From: the human T2T-CHM13v2.0 reference genome, Homo sapiens | Direction: 5' to 3' (one strand) | Assembly: GCF_009914755.1 (NCBI RefSeq) | Contig: NC_060927.1 | Length of the DNA stretch: 64,000 nt | Shown here: positions 49,831 to 64,000 of the stretch, piece by piece | Layout: each line of letters begins with the position of its first letter | How positions within the stretch are numbered: position 1 is the stretch's first letter | Notes under the pieces: model-generated | What the model was told of the DNA's origin: nothing | Database searches by the model: none | What the model saw: the letters and a program-made list of their open reading frames with translations, nothing else | Position numbers and translations under genes: made by a program

Positions 49831-50395
49831 GCAGAGCTCCACCGCAGTCCCGGGTGTCTGCGGCCGCAACGCAACGGACACTGGCTGGAACCCCGGAATG
49901 AGCCTTCGACCCTGAAATCCTTGGGGTGCCTCGAGGACGACTGGCCGAAAAGCCGCATTCCCTGCCTCACAGGCCGGAAGTCCCAGCCCAGTCCCCGCGC
50001 GCGTCCCTCTTCCTCCTCATACTTTCCCTTGACTGAGAGCTCCTCTAACCCCTGTTCTGATGGGGGAGGGCGGTCTTCCCACTTCCTCTCCAGAACTCCA
50101 GAAAGAGCAGTGTGCTTATGCTTCAGTCCAGGCTGGAGAGGTTGGGGCCGGGGTAGGGAGGCAGGAGCCATGTCAGTTCTGAAGGAGGGTGAGGCGGTGG
50201 GGGATTGCAGGGGGCGGCTGAGAGAAAACCTCCTTGAGGGCCAGGGATTCCCTTTCCCACTCTGAGGCTCTGGCCAGAGGGAGAGAGGACTCTGGACCTA
50301 GGAAAAGAGGCTTTTGGCTCCAGGTGGTCAGGACAGTGGGGGTTGGGGGTGGGGTGGGTGGGTGCTGGCGGTGGGGACCAAGATCCGGAAAGATG

Positions 50396-50401
50396 AATAA
50401 A
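50396..50401 (+). terminator. IL17RE polyadenylation signal AATAAA
   Basis: First AATAAA I see after the stop codon, with GT-rich sequence downstream. Confidence 0.75.
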
Positions 50402-51338
50402 GACAAACATGACAAACTAAGAAAACACAGTGTGCTTCTCTAGTGTGGCTGGGGAGCCTGCCTGGTGGGGTATGTGTCAGTGTGCTGGCCCAAATCCTCT
50501 GTGTCCATACCGCATGGCATCCGTCACATTCTTACAAGCAATGCCTCCAAAAGCAAAGGAGGATGGGGCAATCTCCTTGATCCCCCCCAGTGATTCTTAC
50601 AAGAGGAGAGGAAAACAGAGGCTTCGCCAGATGGTGTGTCCATCATCACACAGCCGGCCCACAGCAACAGCACAGATGGGACCCCTGTCTGCCAGGCTCT
50701 GGGGTCCTGGGTTCCTTCTACTCCCCATACCGCATTTGAGCCAGGCAGTGGTGAAAAGCCCACTTTCTGGTGCCTTTTGTCCGTGCTTTTAGAGCTCCTG
50801 TCCCACAAAGGGTTACCGAGGCCCAAAGAGTGTCTGAAGGGACCGAGTGTGCCTAGTAAGGGGAGACTTAGTGGGCCCAGGACTCCAGGGCTGTGTCCTC
50901 CTTAGGGCTCCGGGGGTGAGTAAGAGCTCCCTTACTCAGCCGTGATGCATTCGCTGTCTTCTTCAGGGGCCCCTCCCAGCCAGGTGTCAGCAGAGGGAGA
51001 GGAGAGCCAAAGAAGGAGGAGGTGCGGCCACCACCCTAGTCCAAGGCTGCTGGCTCCCAAGCCTGGTGTTGGTGGGAGGGACAGAGAGGGGCGGGAACAG
51101 CCAGCTGCCTGCCGGGAGCCAAAACGAAAGCACTCCGTGCTGGAAGTAGGAGGAGAGTCAGGACTCCCAGGACAGAGAGTGCACAAACTACCCAGCACAG
51201 CCCCCTCCGCCCCCTCTGGAGGCTGAAGAGGGATTCCAGCCCCTGCCACCCACAGACACGGGCTGACTGGGGTGTCTGCCCCCCTTGGGGGGGGGCAGCA
51301 CAGGGCCTCAGGCCTGGGTGCCACCTGGCACCTAGAAG

Positions 51339-63909
<12,571 letters not shown>

Positions 63910-64000
63910 GTGAGTTGGGCCTGGGGGCAGCTGGGGCAGGGCCACCTCCTAGGGGTGAAGGTCAGGGCATGGGAGGCAGGCAAGTGGCCAATCCCAGCAA

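Overview
Alu-dense human (or very close primate) genomic DNA that I recognise as the 3p25.3 cluster CIDEC(-), JAGN1(+), IL17RE(+) and IL17RC(+, 5' part only; it runs off the window). I assembled spliced CDSs by hand from GT-AG sites. They give 238 aa CIDEC (248/251 aa with an alternative first exon), 183 aa JAGN1, 667 aa IL17RE and the first 13 exons of IL17RC. Non-coding content includes dozens of Alus, old L1 and MER5/MER3/MER1 fragments, a U6 retro-pseudogene, simple repeats and two CpG islands. The haplotype appears to differ from the reference proteins as I recall them (CIDEC M49, JAGN1 V82, IL17RC L111 and R307). I see no new gene system. The most unusual structure is a chain of local templated or inverted duplications. 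An inverted ~610 bp copy of IL17RE intron7-exon8-intron8 lies upstream of the gene, keeps its splice sites and has a ~98% identical core. Its junction was then re-copied (196 bp, 3 mismatches) into the middle of an Alu with microhomology and template-switch signatures. Several smaller fold-back or palindromic scars occur elsewhere. All identities were counted by eye, and repeat boundaries and subfamilies are approximate.
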